Shown in pieces: positions 1 to 9,920 of a stretch of 64,000 nt of DNA. Every line of letters begins with the position of its first letter. Position 1 is the stretch's first letter. Made by a program: the position numbers and the translations under genes. The stretch is from an uncultured Spirochaetota bacterium. GTDB taxonomy: Bacteria; Spirochaetota; Spirochaetia; SZUA-6; Fen-1364. The notes below the pieces were generated by a model. The model was not told where the DNA came from and searched no databases. It was given only the letters and a program-made list of their open reading frames with translations. Location of the stretch: contig CAVUXE010000022.1 in assembly GCA_963745235.1 (NCBI GenBank), positions 67,039 to 131,038 on the forward strand. The letters are read 5' to 3'.

Positions 1-1
1 G

Positions 2-559
2 AAACGGCTGCTCGGAAGCTATCCCGTCCAGCTCAGCGGGGGCATGCGCCAGCGTGTGTGCATCGGGATGGCGCTGGCAACCGGGCCCGGCCTCCTGATT
101 GCGGACGAGCCGGGCACGTCGCTGGACGTGACCATCCAGGACCAGATCCTCCGTCTCCTGCAGGCCCTGGTGACCGAAAGGGACACCTCTGTCATCCTCA
201 TCACCCATACCCTCGGGGTGGTGCGCGAGCTGACCGACCGTGTGTACGTCATGTACGCGGGAACCATTGTGGAGACGGCCACCACGGCCAGGCTCTTCGC
301 AAAGCCGTCTCACCCGTACACGCGGGGGCTTCTGCAGACGGTGCCGAAGCTGAGCGGCGGCGGCATTGCAAGCGGGATTCCAGGCCGGATCCCCGACTAC
401 CTCCATCCCCCCGCCGGCTGCAGGTTCCATACCCGCTGTCCGCATGCCATGGACATCTGCCGCGTCACGAAGCCGCCCTTTTTCAGGATCGATGACGACC
501 ACGAGGCGGCCTGCTTCCTGTATGCGCCCGGGCATGCAGGCGAGAGGAAGGAACCGTGA
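2..559 (+). CDS. Oligopeptide/dipeptide ABC transporter ATP-binding subunit (OppD/DppD family), 5'-truncated by the window edge
   Basis: Frame is open from base 2: YPVQLSGGMRQR signature, LLIADEP Walker B, ITH switch and the C-terminal HPYT...GCRFHTRC...C oligo_HPY motif. Confidence 0.9.
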   Translation, partial: KRLLGSYPVQLSGGMRQRVCIGMALATGPGLLIADEPGTSLDVTIQDQILRLLQALVTERDTSVILITHTLGVVRELTDRVYVMYAGTIVETATTARLFAKPSHPYTRGLLQTVPKLSGGGIASGIPGRIPDYLHPPAGCRFHTRCPHAMDICRVTKPPFFRIDDDHEAACFLYAPGHAGERKEP

Positions 560-1545
560 CCGGGGAAATCCTGACTGTCACTGATCTGAAAAAGCATTTC
601 GTCGTCGGTCACGCCAGGCTGCCGCGGCGCACGCCAATCACGGTCAGGGCAGTTGACGGCATTTCCTTCGGGATGCGGGAAGGGGAGACCCTCGGCCTCG
701 TCGGAGAGTCAGGCTCCGGGAAGAGCACGGTGGCCTATACGACAGTCGGGATGTATCGGCCCACGTCCGGACGCCTCACTTTCCGCGGGCAGGAGCTGTT
801 CGGGGAGAGGGGAGCCCGGCCGCGGCATCTGCGCAAGGAGATCCAGATCGTCTTCCAGGACCCGGGCTCTTCCCTGAACCCTCGGCACACCGTGCGGGAG
901 ATCCTCTCCATGCCGCTGCGCGTGCATCAGCCGGGAAGGAACAGGGTGGAACAGATCGTGCGCCTGCTCGAAATGGTGGACCTCCCGCCGGAGTACATGT
1001 ACCGGTACCCGCATACGCTGAGCGGGGGGGAGAAGCAGATCGTCGGGATTGCCCGCGCGCTTGCCAGCGACCCCACGCTCGTCATCCTGGACGAGCCGAC
1101 ATCAGCGCTGGACGTGTCCGTCCAGGCGAAGACCATCACCTTGCTCCTCCGCCTGCAGCGGGAGCTGCACCTGTCCTACCTCTTCATCACGCATGACCTG
1201 AGCCTGATGCGCAATGTCGCCTCCCGCGTGGCAATCATGTACCTGGGCAGGATCTGCGAGGTGGCGGAGACGGCGGAGTTCTTCAACAATCCTCTCCATC
1301 CCTACACCCAGATGCTTCTCTCCTCCATTCCCGTGATCTCGGAGGCGGAGGAGAAGCTGCTGCCGCGCAAGGTGGTTTCCCGCGGAGAGATACCCAGCCC
1401 CGTCGACGTGCCCAGCGGGTGCAGCTTTCGCACACGGTGCCCTTTCGTCATGGATGTCTGCCGGCGCGTGGACCCCGTGATGGTGGACGGGGCTCCGGGG
1501 CACCAGGTGAGGTGCCACCTGTTCACGCAACCGGGCGGCGCCTGA
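556..1545 (+). CDS. Oligopeptide/dipeptide ABC transporter ATP-binding subunit (OppF/DppF family)
   Basis: GESGSGKS Walker [18 protein letters not shown] and [12 protein letters not shown] tail; GTGA overlap with the upstream gene. Confidence 0.92.
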   Translation: MTGEILTVTDLKKHFVVGHARLPRRTPITVRAVDGISFGMREGETLGLVGESGSGKSTVAYTTVGMYRPTSGRLTFRGQELFGERGARPRHLRKEIQIVFQDPGSSLNPRHTVREILSMPLRVHQPGRNRVEQIVRLLEMVDLPPEYMYRYPHTLSGGEKQIVGIARALASDPTLVILDEPTSALDVSVQAKTITLLLRLQRELHLSYLFITHDLSLMRNVASRVAIMYLGRICEVAETAEFFNNPLHPYTQMLLSSIPVISEAEEKLLPRKVVSRGEIPSPVDVPSGCSFRTRCPFVMDVCRRVDPVMVDGAPGHQVRCHLFTQPGGA

Positions 1546-1565
1546 GCGTTACAAGGAGGAGCCAG

Positions 1566-3632
1566 ATGCTGAGAGTGGCAACCGACATAGGAGGGACCTT
1601 CACGGACCTCGTCTTTGTCCGCCCGGACGGGACCGTGGGCACGGGCAAGAGCGACACCACTCCCGACCAGTACGAAAAGGGCGTCATGGACGTGATCCAG
1701 GCCAGCAGCATTTCCCCCGCGGAGTTCGTTTCATTCGTGCACGGGACGACAATCGTCATCAACGCGATTACAGAGCGCAAGGGCGCGCGCGCCGCGCTGA
1801 TCACAACGGAGGGGTTCCGCGACGTCCTGGAGATAGGCCGCGGGAACCGGCCGGACTTCTTCAACCTGGAATACCGCAAGCCCCGGCCGTTTGTCTCGCG
1901 CTATCTGCGCCGCACGCTCCCGGGGCGCATCTCCTACAAGGGCCAGGAGACCATGCCGCTGGACATGTCTGCCTTGCCTGCCATCCTGGAGGACTTCCGA
2001 CGCGAGGGAGTGGAGGCCATTGCCGTCTGCCTGATCAACTCCTACGCCAACCCCGCCCATGAGGAGGCAGTTGTTGCGCGGATCCGGGAGCTGTGGCCCG
2101 AGGTCTCCACGGTCGCCTCCCACCAGATCACCCGCGAATGGAGGGAGTACGAGCGTACGACCACGGCGGTGCTGTCCGCGTACGTGCAGCCCATAGCCCA
2201 CCGCTACCTGGACCAGCTCACCCGGCGCCTGTCGCAGGCGGGCATGAGCTGCACACCCTACATCATGCAGTCCAACTGCGGCGTGGATACCGTCAGGAAC
2301 GCGCGCGAGGTCCCCATCACGATGATCGAATCCGGACCCGCCAGCGGCGTCTGGGGAGCGGCCGCCCTTGGCCGGATGATCGGCCGGCAGAACGCCATCG
2401 CCATTGACATCGGAGGCACCACCGCGAAATGCGGGCTCATCATCGGAGGCCAGGTCAAGCTCAACACCAACTACATGGTGGAGCGAACGGAGCTCTCGGC
2501 GGGATATCCGGTCATGGTGCCCGTGGTGGACCTCGTTGAGATCGGCAACGGAGGCGGGTCGATCGCCTGGGTGGACGAGTTCCAGAGGCTCCACGTCGGG
2601 CCGCAAAGCGCCGGGGCGGTGCCGGGGCCCGCCGCCTATGGCGCCGGAGGAACCGAAGCCACCACCACGGACGCGAACCTCGCGCTGGGCTGCATCAATC
2701 CGCACTACTTCTGCGGCGGCAAGGTGGAGGCTGACATGAGCGCCGTGGACACGGCGCTCGGGAAGCTGGCGGCAACTCTGAAAACGGACCGCCGGGAGGC
2801 CGCGCGCGGGATCCTCCGCATCGCGAACAACAACATGGTGAACGCCATCAAGCTGATATCGATCAACCGGGGCCTGGACCCCCGGGATTTCACCTTGATC
2901 GCATTCGGAGGAGGCGGAGGCATGCACGCCTGCGCGCTTGCCGCGGACCTGGGGATCAGGGACATCGTGATCCCCAGTCTCTCCGGAGTTTTCTCCGCGT
3001 GGGGCATGCTGCTGAGCGACCTTCGGCGGGACTACCTTCTCACGCGGATCGTCGACCTTGCGGACCCCTCCGCCGCGGAGCGGCTGAACGAGGCGTTCAA
3101 CGCCCTGGAGCAGGAATCGATCCGCCAGTTCACGGCAGAGACCATTGACAGGGGGCGCGTGCGCTTTCAGAGGTTCGCGCGGTGCCGCTACCAGAACCAG
3201 GAGCACTCGGTGGAGATCGACCTGCCTGACGGCGGCATCACCACCGCGCGCCTTGACGCCATCCGGGAGCATTTCCACGCCACCTACGAGCGTGAGTACA
3301 CGTATCGCCTTCCCGCGCCCGTGGAGCTCGTGTGTTTCCACCTCGTGGCCTTTGCGGAGGTGGACAAGCTGTCCCCGCGAAAGCGCGAAGCCACGGGGCG
3401 GGCGGTGAAGGACGCGGTGAAAGGTCGGCGGGACGTGGACTACGCGGAAGCCGGCGGCCACAGCGCCACGATTTACAACGGAGATCTCCTGGAGCCGGGG
3501 ATGAGCTTCGCGGGTCCGGCCATCATGGAGGAGGCGGGCACAACCGTCGTCATTCCTCCCGGGATGCCCTGCAGGATCGACGACTACGGCAACTACGTCA
3601 TCGAGACCCCGCGCGAAGGAGGACGTGTATGA
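1566..3632 (+). CDS. Hydantoinase/oxoprolinase A subunit (ATP-dependent, HyuA-like)
   Basis: DIGGTFTD, HGTT, ESGPASG, DIGGTT and VGPQSAGAVPGPA motifs; AAGGAGGA RBS before ATG 1566. Confidence 0.9.
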   Translation: MLRVATDIGGTFTDLVFVRPDGTVGTGKSDTTPDQYEKGVMDVIQASSISPAEFVSFVHGTTIVINAITERKGARAALITTEGFRDVLEIGRGNRPDFFNLEYRKPRPFVSRYLRRTLPGRISYKGQETMPLDMSALPAILEDFRREGVEAIAVCLINSYANPAHEEAVVARIRELWPEVSTVASHQITREWREYERTTTAVLSAYVQPIAHRYLDQLTRRLSQAGMSCTPYIMQSNCGVDTVRNAREVPITMIESGPASGVWGAAALGRMIGRQNAIAIDIGGTTAKCGLIIGGQVKLNTNYMVERTELSAGYPVMVPVVDLVEIGNGGGSIAWVDEFQRLHVGPQSAGAVPGPAAYGAGGTEATTTDANLALGCINPHYFCGGKVEADMSAVDTALGKLAATLKTDRREAARGILRIANNNMVNAIKLISINRGLDPRDFTLIAFGGGGGMHACALAADLGIRDIVIPSLSGVFSAWGMLLSDLRRDYLLTRIVDLADPSAAERLNEAFNALEQESIRQFTAETIDRGRVRFQRFARCRYQNQEHSVEIDLPDGGITTARLDAIREHFHATYEREYTYRLPAPVELVCFHLVAFAEVDKLSPRKREATGRAVKDAVKGRRDVDYAEAGGHSATIYNGDLLEPGMSFAGPAIMEEAGTTVVIPPGMPCRIDDYGNYVIETPREGGRV

Positions 3633-5303
3633 GCGGCACCTACGACCGGATCACCCTTGAGATCATCCAGAGCTCGCTGCAGGCGGCCGCGGATGAGATG
3701 TTCGCGGCCCTCCGGCACACCGCAATGAGCGCGATCATCTATGAGGTCCTGGACTGCGGCACCGGGATCACGGACAGGAACGGGGATCTGGCCGGCTCGG
3801 GGGCCGGGATCCCGGCTTTCGTCGGCGTCCTGGACAAGACGGTGAAGAAGGTGCTCTCGAAGTTCGACAAGCCCGGCGACATCGAGCAGGGGGACATCTT
3901 CATGACAAATGACCCGTACAACGGGGGCGTGACTCACTTGAACGACGTCATCCTCGTGATGCCCGTCTTTGCCGGTCCGGACATCGTGGCCTGGACGGCA
4001 AATATCGCTCACTGGAACGACGTGGGCGGCATGGTGCCCGGGAGCATGTCCACCAACGCAAAAGAGATCTTCCAGGAAGGCATGATCCTTGCCGGCATCA
4101 AGCTCTTCTCACGGGGCCAGCCCTTACGTTCCGTGCTGGACATTCTCACCGCCAACTGCCGCATGCCGGACTTCCTCATCGGCGACCTGTGGGCGGGAGT
4201 CGCTTCCGTCAGGGTGGGAGAGCGCCGGGTGCTGGAGATCGTCACGAAGTACGGGAAGGATGTATTCCTGCACGCCGTCGAAGAATACCTGGACTACGGG
4301 GAGCGGGTGAGCCTCGCGGCGTTGAAGAAGCTCCCCAAGGGCAGGTACTCACTCGTGGAGGAGCAGGACCAGGGGCTCCCCTGGAAAGTGGTCGTTGAGG
4401 TCAGCGACACGCAGTTCATCGTCGACCTGCGCGAAAACCCGGACCAGGACAGGGGGCCCTTCAACATGAGCCGCGACGAGGCCATCGTGTCCTGCCAGAT
4501 GGCCTTCAAGTGCGCCACCTCCCCCGAGCGCGTCGCCAACGGCGGCACGTTCCGTCCTCTCACGGTGCTGACGCGAAACGGCAGCATCTTCGACCCGGCG
4601 TTTCCCGCGGCCATGGGGATCTACTACGAGATGACGATCAGGCTCGAGGACCTGGTCACCCGCTGCCTGGCCCAGCGGCTGCCTGACCGCCTGCCCGCCG
4701 GCAGCTTCGCCTCCGTCTGCGGGACCCTCTTCGGCGGCATCCATGCGGACACCGGCCGCACCTACGCGGTCATCGAGCCCGAGCTGGGCGGCTGGGGTGG
4801 ATCTCCCCACTCCGACGGCAACCCCGGCCAGTTCTCCGCCCTCCACGGGGAGACCTATAACTGTCCCGCTGAGGTGGCTGAAGCCCGCTACGGCGTGACG
4901 GTGGACTACCTCAGCTTCCACGACGAGGACGGCGGCGCGGGCCTCCATCGAGGCGGCAAGGGTGTTCGCATCGACTATCGCATGAGATCCGATAATGCGT
5001 GGCTCACGGTTGCCTACACCAGGTCGAAGGTCCTTCCCTGGCCGCTTTCCGGCGGGTGCCAGGGATCGCCCAACCACGTCGTGATTGTGCGCGCGGACGG
5101 CAGCACGGAGGACCACTCGGTGGTGAGCGGCCTCACCGTCAACCGCGGAGAGGTCATCAGGATCATCACCGGGCACGGGGGCGGGCTGGGGAGACCCCAT
5201 GAAGCGGGACCTGGAGCTGGTGAAGGAGGACCTGAAAAACGGCTACATCTCCCGGGAGCAGGCGAACAAGTACTACCGGCTGGAAGAACGGCTGAAGGGT
5301 TGA
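3629..5303 (+). CDS. Hydantoinase B/oxoprolinase subunit (HyuB-like); apparent indel near 5170-5185
   Basis: NDPYNGGVTHLND and HWNDVGGMVPGS motifs; the family C-terminus GWGDPMKRDLELVKEDLKNGYIS continues in another frame to TGA 5301-5303. Confidence 0.88.
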
Positions 5304-5304
5304 C

Positions 5305-6178
5305 TCAGGGAGCCGCCCCGGACCCCCAGATAGGACTCCCTTCCCTCACGCGTGCCGCCGGCGCGATGGTTTCGCTCATGGCATCGATGTATCGCGTGGC
5401 GGACGACACGAGCGACTTCTTTGCCCCGCCGGGAATGACCGCATCCCACCAGGCCCCATAGATCCGATCGAATCGGAACTGGGCAATCGCGTTCGCTATT
5501 CGACGCACGGCCGAGGCCGGCAGCGGGATGAGGTTCGGATAGCTGTACATGAAGCTGACATACCTCTTGTCAGCAACGACGTAGACGGAATCTCCCGTGT
5601 GCAGGGTGCCCCTGCCGCTGGCGCCTCCCTGCCAGTGCAGGACGGTCGAGCCCGGGGAAGTGCCCGCCCACCCGGATGAGGGTCGCGCCCGGGAGGATTT
5701 CCAGCTGTCCGCCCTCCCAGTGCACAATGGCGGGATCCGGCCGCATCGACCACCGCGCGTCGTCAGCGTGCAGATACACGGGGGCGCCGCCGAGCCGGCG
5801 GCTCCATTCGACCACGGAGGAGTAGTAATGGGGATGTGAGATGGCGATGGCCGCAAGCCCTCCCCTGGATTTCACCCACTGTACTGTTTCATCGTCGATG
5901 AAAGAGATACAGTCCCACACGATGTTCCCGTCGGTCGTTTCGATGAGCATGGCACGCTGGCCGATTGCGAAGACCGGCTCCGTGGAGATACCGGAGATGC
6001 CGGGCTCGACGGGGCGGATGACGTTGCGGCTGGTCCTTGCCAGCTCCTGCAGGCTGGTCCATTCCTGCCCGCCGGGCCCGACGTACTGCCGTGGGTCCCG
6101 GCAGACTGGGCAATGCGCCGGGGGGGCCTCACTCTCAGGGAACTGCATCCCGCACGCGGCGCAGATGAAGCACGTCAT
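5305..6178 (-). CDS. MBL-fold metallo-hydrolase with N-terminal Cys pairs; apparent indel near 5655
   Basis: CAACG...CPVC, ISHPHYY, GGHFPG, then GSTVLHW...TGD...FMYSYPNLIPL...YGAWW in a second frame. Confidence 0.82.
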
Positions 6179-6184
6179 GCATGG

Positions 6185-6213
6185 AAGCTACTTCGGCCGG
6201 GCAGGAGCGGCAA
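6185..6213 (-). promoter_or_regulatory. Putative sigma70 promoter, leaderless arrangement for the MBL gene
   Basis: TTGCCG-N17-TAGCTT-N6-ATG(6178) on the minus strand. Confidence 0.5.
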
Positions 6214-6247
6214 ATCAGGGGAGGAAATTCTCGGGAGGAGCCCTCAC

Positions 6248-6640
6248 GTGAAGAGGCAGATCGCCCAGTTTGCCCTGGTCGTTCGTGATTATGATGAGGC
6301 CATACGGTTCTACACCGAGCGGCTGGGCTTCGACCTCGTTGAAGACACCGCGCTTGACAGCCGGAAGCGCTGGGTCGTGGTGGCACCCCGCGGGTCCACC
6401 GCCACGCTCCTCCTCGCGAAGGCGTCATCCGACTCGCAGTCGAGCAGGGTGGGGGACCAGAGCGGCGGCCGCGTGCTCCTCTTCCTGGAGACCGACGATT
6501 TCTGGCGTGATTACCGGGACATGCGCTCGCGCGGGGTGGAGTTCCTGGAGGAGCCGCGCGAAGAGGAATACGGCGTCGTGGCCGTGTTCCAGGACCTCTA
6601 CGGAAACAAGTGGGACCTCCTTGAGCCGCGCGGACGCTGA
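6248..6640 (+). CDS. VOC/glyoxalase family protein
   Basis: ALVVRDYDEAIRFY...RWVVV...YGVVAVFQDLYGNKWDL; GGAGG RBS before GTG 6248. Confidence 0.88.
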   Translation: MKRQIAQFALVVRDYDEAIRFYTERLGFDLVEDTALDSRKRWVVVAPRGSTATLLLAKASSDSQSSRVGDQSGGRVLLFLETDDFWRDYRDMRSRGVEFLEEPREEEYGVVAVFQDLYGNKWDLLEPRGR

Positions 6641-6655
6641 ACGGGGGAATCAGGA

Positions 6656-8824
6656 ATGAGCGAGGCAGCGACCCTCGAAGACCGCCTGGAGAGGCTGCTC
6701 CAGGTTGCCGGGACCGACGAAGGATTCTACGTCCTGGCGCTGCACTCCTTCATCGAGGCCTATATCTGCGACGAGGTGCCGACCATCCGGGGGAGAGAGG
6801 GCTTCTCGGAGCGCCTGCGCGCATTCGCTGACCATCTTGCGGCGCACGGGGCGCCGGCGGAGGGCCCGCGGACCATTTCCCGCATCATCCAGGAGCACGC
6901 CATCACCAACCGCGTGCGCCATTCGTTCACCCGGCTCGACAGGGAGGAGGCGCTCGCGGCGACGCACAACTTCCTGCGCTTCTGCTCCCTCTGCGGAATC
7001 GGCTCCGCCGCGCTCTCGAAGCTCTCGCAATCCCTTTCTCTCTGGGAGGAGAAACGCTCCCCGCTTTCACAGAGCCAGGAGCTCCAGCGGATCCAGGTCG
7101 AGCTTCGCGCGGCCCAGCAGGACACGACGAAGCTCCTTGCCCAGACGGAGGCGTGGGCGAAGGACAAGCTGCGTCTCGCCGAGCTGGAGGGGGAGGCGCT
7201 TCGCCTGTCATCGCAGCTTGCCCGGGAAAAAGCCCGCGCGGACGCCAAGGCGGAAAGGCTCGACCAGCTTCGCAAGGACCTGAACGATATCGCCATGGAG
7301 AAGCGGAAGCTCGGCGAGCAGCTGGCGAGCTACCGGGACCTCGACCTGTACGTGGACCATGTCAGCAGGTTCTCCCTGTACACGCGCACACGCATGGACT
7401 ACGAGCGCAGCGTGATGAAGCTCACCCCTGAGCAGTCCGAGGCGGTGGACGGCATCAGGCCGGGATTCGACTTCCTCATCCGCGGGGGGGCCGGGACGGG
7501 AAAGACAATCGTCCTCCTGCACGCGCTGGAAAAAGTGCGGCGCGCCAGGGAAACGGAGCTCGATCTCGGGCCGGGGATGCGCATCCTCTTTCTCACCTAC
7601 ACCAACACCCTGGTGAAATATGACCGTTACGTCGCGGAGATCCTCCGGGAGAAGGACGCGGATGACCTGATCATCACCGCGGACAGCTTCTTCCTTTCAC
7701 GGCTTCGCCTCCTGGGCCAGAGGCAGAGGGTGGATTATGCAGTCCTCCCCCGTCTTGCGGAGAAGCACAACACAACGGGCTTCTTCTCCCCCCCGGAGCT
7801 TGCCCTGGAGATCGAGGAGCTGATCTTCGGCAACCTCGTGACCCGCCGGGAATACGTGGATGAAATGATCCCCCGCCGGGGCATGCGCCAGCCGCTCACC
7901 GCGGGGCAGCGGGAGGCGGTGTGGAAGATCCGGGACGCCATCGTTTCAGAGATGGAGCATGACGGGGTCCTGAGCAAGAACTACTCCCGGATAAAGCTGA
8001 TCGACCACCTGGAGTCTCATCCCCAGGACCCCCGGCTTCGAGACCTGGACGTCGCGTTCGTGGACGAATCCCAGGACCTGAGCCCCGCGGACCTGAAGGC
8101 CCTGAAGCTCATGACGCGACGCGGCCTTGTCATGGCCGGGGACACGGGGCAGAGCATCTACGGCATCAGCTCCCCCTACAGGCGGGCCGGGGTCGACATC
8201 ACGGGCAGGTCGCGCGTGCTTCGCACGAGCTTCCGCAATACCGTGCCCATCCACGATGTGACGGAGGCCTACCGCCGGCTCTCGGGGCTTGACGACGAGG
8301 ATGCCGGGGGCACCGTCGCATTTCGGGAAGGACCGGGCCCTGAGCTGTACACCGCGCCGACCCGCCAGGACCTCATGAGGCTGCTCCTGAGAAAGGCTTC
8401 ACTTTTCATCGAAAGGCTCGGCTACGACCCGGAGAACCTGGCCGTGCTGGCCCCGACAAAGACCGACCTCGCGGCCATTGGCGACATGCTCGGGCACGCG
8501 GGCTACCAGCATGCAAACATCCGTGATGAAGATTTCTCCTTCAAGCACGAAAAGACCATCCGGCTCTCCAGCCTCCACTCCAGCAAGGGCCTGGATTTCC
8601 CCGTGGTCCTCCTGTTCCTTCCCTCCCTGCCTCCGCGGACGGAGTACGACGGGAAGGCCGGGGACACCCTCGTCAGGAACCTCATCTACGTTGCGATGAG
8701 CCGCGCGATGGACAACCTGAACGTGTTCACCCTGGAAGGAGCTCACGATGGCCAGCAGGAAGAGCCGCTCCAGGACCTCGTGCGCGTCTTCCGGCAGTCC
8801 TCATCTTCCCCTGGCCCCTCCTGA
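6656..8824 (+). CDS. SF1 (UvrD/Rep-like) helicase with an N-terminal helical HEPN/DUF4145-like domain and a coiled coil
   Basis: GGAGTGKT, FVDESQD, GDTGQSIY, SFRNT, LHSSKGLDF and LIYVAMSRA helicase motifs; E/Q/L/K/A-rich heptad segment at about aa 130-230. Confidence 0.8.
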   Translation: MSEAATLEDRLERLLQVAGTDEGFYVLALHSFIEAYICDEVPTIRGREGFSERLRAFADHLAAHGAPAEGPRTISRIIQEHAITNRVRHSFTRLDREEALAATHNFLRFCSLCGIGSAALSKLSQSLSLWEEKRSPLSQSQELQRIQVELRAAQQDTTKLLAQTEAWAKDKLRLAELEGEALRLSSQLAREKARADAKAERLDQLRKDLNDIAMEKRKLGEQLASYRDLDLYVDHVSRFSLYTRTRMDYERSVMKLTPEQSEAVDGIRPGFDFLIRGGAGTGKTIVLLHALEKVRRARETELDLGPGMRILFLTYTNTLVKYDRYVAEILREKDADDLIITADSFFLSRLRLLGQRQRVDYAVLPRLAEKHNTTGFFSPPELALEIEELIFGNLVTRREYVDEMIPRRGMRQPLTAGQREAVWKIRDAIVSEMEHDGVLSKNYSRIKLIDHLESHPQDPRLRDLDVAFVDESQDLSPADLKALKLMTRRGLVMAGDTGQSIYGISSPYRRAGVDITGRSRVLRTSFRNTVPIHDVTEAYRRLSGLDDEDAGGTVAFREGPGPELYTAPTRQDLMRLLLRKASLFIERLGYDPENLAVLAPTKTDLAAIGDMLGHAGYQHANIRDEDFSFKHEKTIRLSSLHSSKGLDFPVVLLFLPSLPPRTEYDGKAGDTLVRNLIYVAMSRAMDNLNVFTLEGAHDGQQEEPLQDLVRVFRQSSSSPGPS

Positions 8825-9898
8825 CGGCGCCCCTCCTGATGGCGGTGCTCCCGACGGCGCCGCTCCCGGCTGCGCGGCGGACACCGAGCTCTCATCAGGC
8901 ATCTTGTTCTTTCTCTTCTCTGCTCTTCGAGCCAGCATCCTGGCCTGCGCTTCCGGCGAGCCGTCATGCCAGGTGCCGAACCACTGGTCCAGCGGCACCG
9001 CTTCCGTGCCGAAATTGACGGTGAAGAAGCGATGGTGCAGGTAGTGAAAGTAGTTGTCGTTTCTCAAGCCGCGTTCTTCCTGCGTCACGAACTTGTCGAA
9101 ACCGGCGTGGCCGAGCGCCGGCGTCAGGCCCGCGTGCTGGAGGTTGAAGATCAGGTGAATCGGGTGCGAGGGGACGATCCAGTGGATCATGGCCACGGAG
9201 AAGTACAGGAGGTGCTCGAGGGGATGCATTGCAAGTCCCGACCAGGGCCCGACGTTGACGTTCTTGTGATGAACGAAGTGGATCAGGTTGTACATCGGCT
9301 TCCAGTGGATGAACCGATGGATCCAGTAGAAGTGGAACACGCGCCAGAGGACGATCCCGATGAACAGAAGAACGAAATACACCGGGTGCGAGCGGAAGTC
9401 CACGTACGGTATCAGCCTGTTCGCGTACGCCCACAAGGTCACCGCCTCGTACGCGGACCAGATGGTGCACGCGCTCACGAGGTTCCAGAAGATGTTGTCC
9501 CACGTCTGGTTTGCGAACAGGAACTTTGGATCATGGGTTGCGAGCCACTTGTTGGAGTATTTGTACTTCATCCCCTGCCCGCGCGTGGCGTACAGCCTCA
9601 GGTGCAGCCCTCCGGCCATCAGGATCAGGAGCACGGCATTGCGCGCATAGATCTCCAGCATCCACCCCGGGGCAAAGCGGACAGTGCGATCGAATCCCGG
9701 CGTGAAGAACAGCCAGCTGACGACCGCAAGGACAACCAGAACAAGGTTCACCGGCCAGAGGAAGCCTTCCGGCGCGAACAGGTACGTGGCGATCCTTGAA
9801 AGGTTGAAGGGCCATCCGAACAGCGGGCTCGGCTTGGGAAGCGGATCCGGGACCCATTCTCCGCGAGAGTCGCGCTTGCCCCACTCGGTATCAGCCAT
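8801..9898 (-). CDS. Sterol desaturase/fatty-acid hydroxylase family membrane protein
   Basis: His boxes HFYWIHRFIH, HFVHH, MHPLEH and HYLHH, then NFG...LDQWFGTWHDG; GGAGG RBS before ATG 9898. Confidence 0.88.
   Translation of the reverse strand: MADTEWGKRDSRGEWVPDPLPKPSPLFGWPFNLSRIATYLFAPEGFLWPVNLVLVVLAVVSWLFFTPGFDRTVRFAPGWMLEIYARNAVLLILMAGGLHLRLYATRGQGMKYKYSNKWLATHDPKFLFANQTWDNIFWNLVSACTIWSAYEAVTLWAYANRLIPYVDFRSHPVYFVLLFIGIVLWRVFHFYWIHRFIHWKPMYNLIHFVHHKNVNVGPWSGLAMHPLEHLLYFSVAMIHWIVPSHPIHLIFNLQHAGLTPALGHAGFDKFVTQEERGLRNDNYFHYLHHRFFTVNFGTEAVPLDQWFGTWHDGSPEAQARMLARRAEKRKNKMPDESSVSAAQPGAAPSGAPPSGGAPSGGARGR
8810..8870. repeat. Degenerate 15-bp tandem repeat (about 4 units) encoding the PGAAP/SGAPP/SGGAP/SGGAR tail of the desaturase
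   Basis: Units such as cccctcctgacggcg, cccctcctgatggcg and gtgctcccgacggcg. Confidence 0.6.
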
Positions 9899-9920
9899 GG
9901 CAGCACCTCCACCAGAGAAG

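Noticed and set aside
1731-3461. Long antisense ORFs (also 20941..22698, 34666..36036, 38548..39768, 52547..53689)
   Set aside because: Shadow frames of well-supported genes, expected in high-GC DNA; no recognisable motifs
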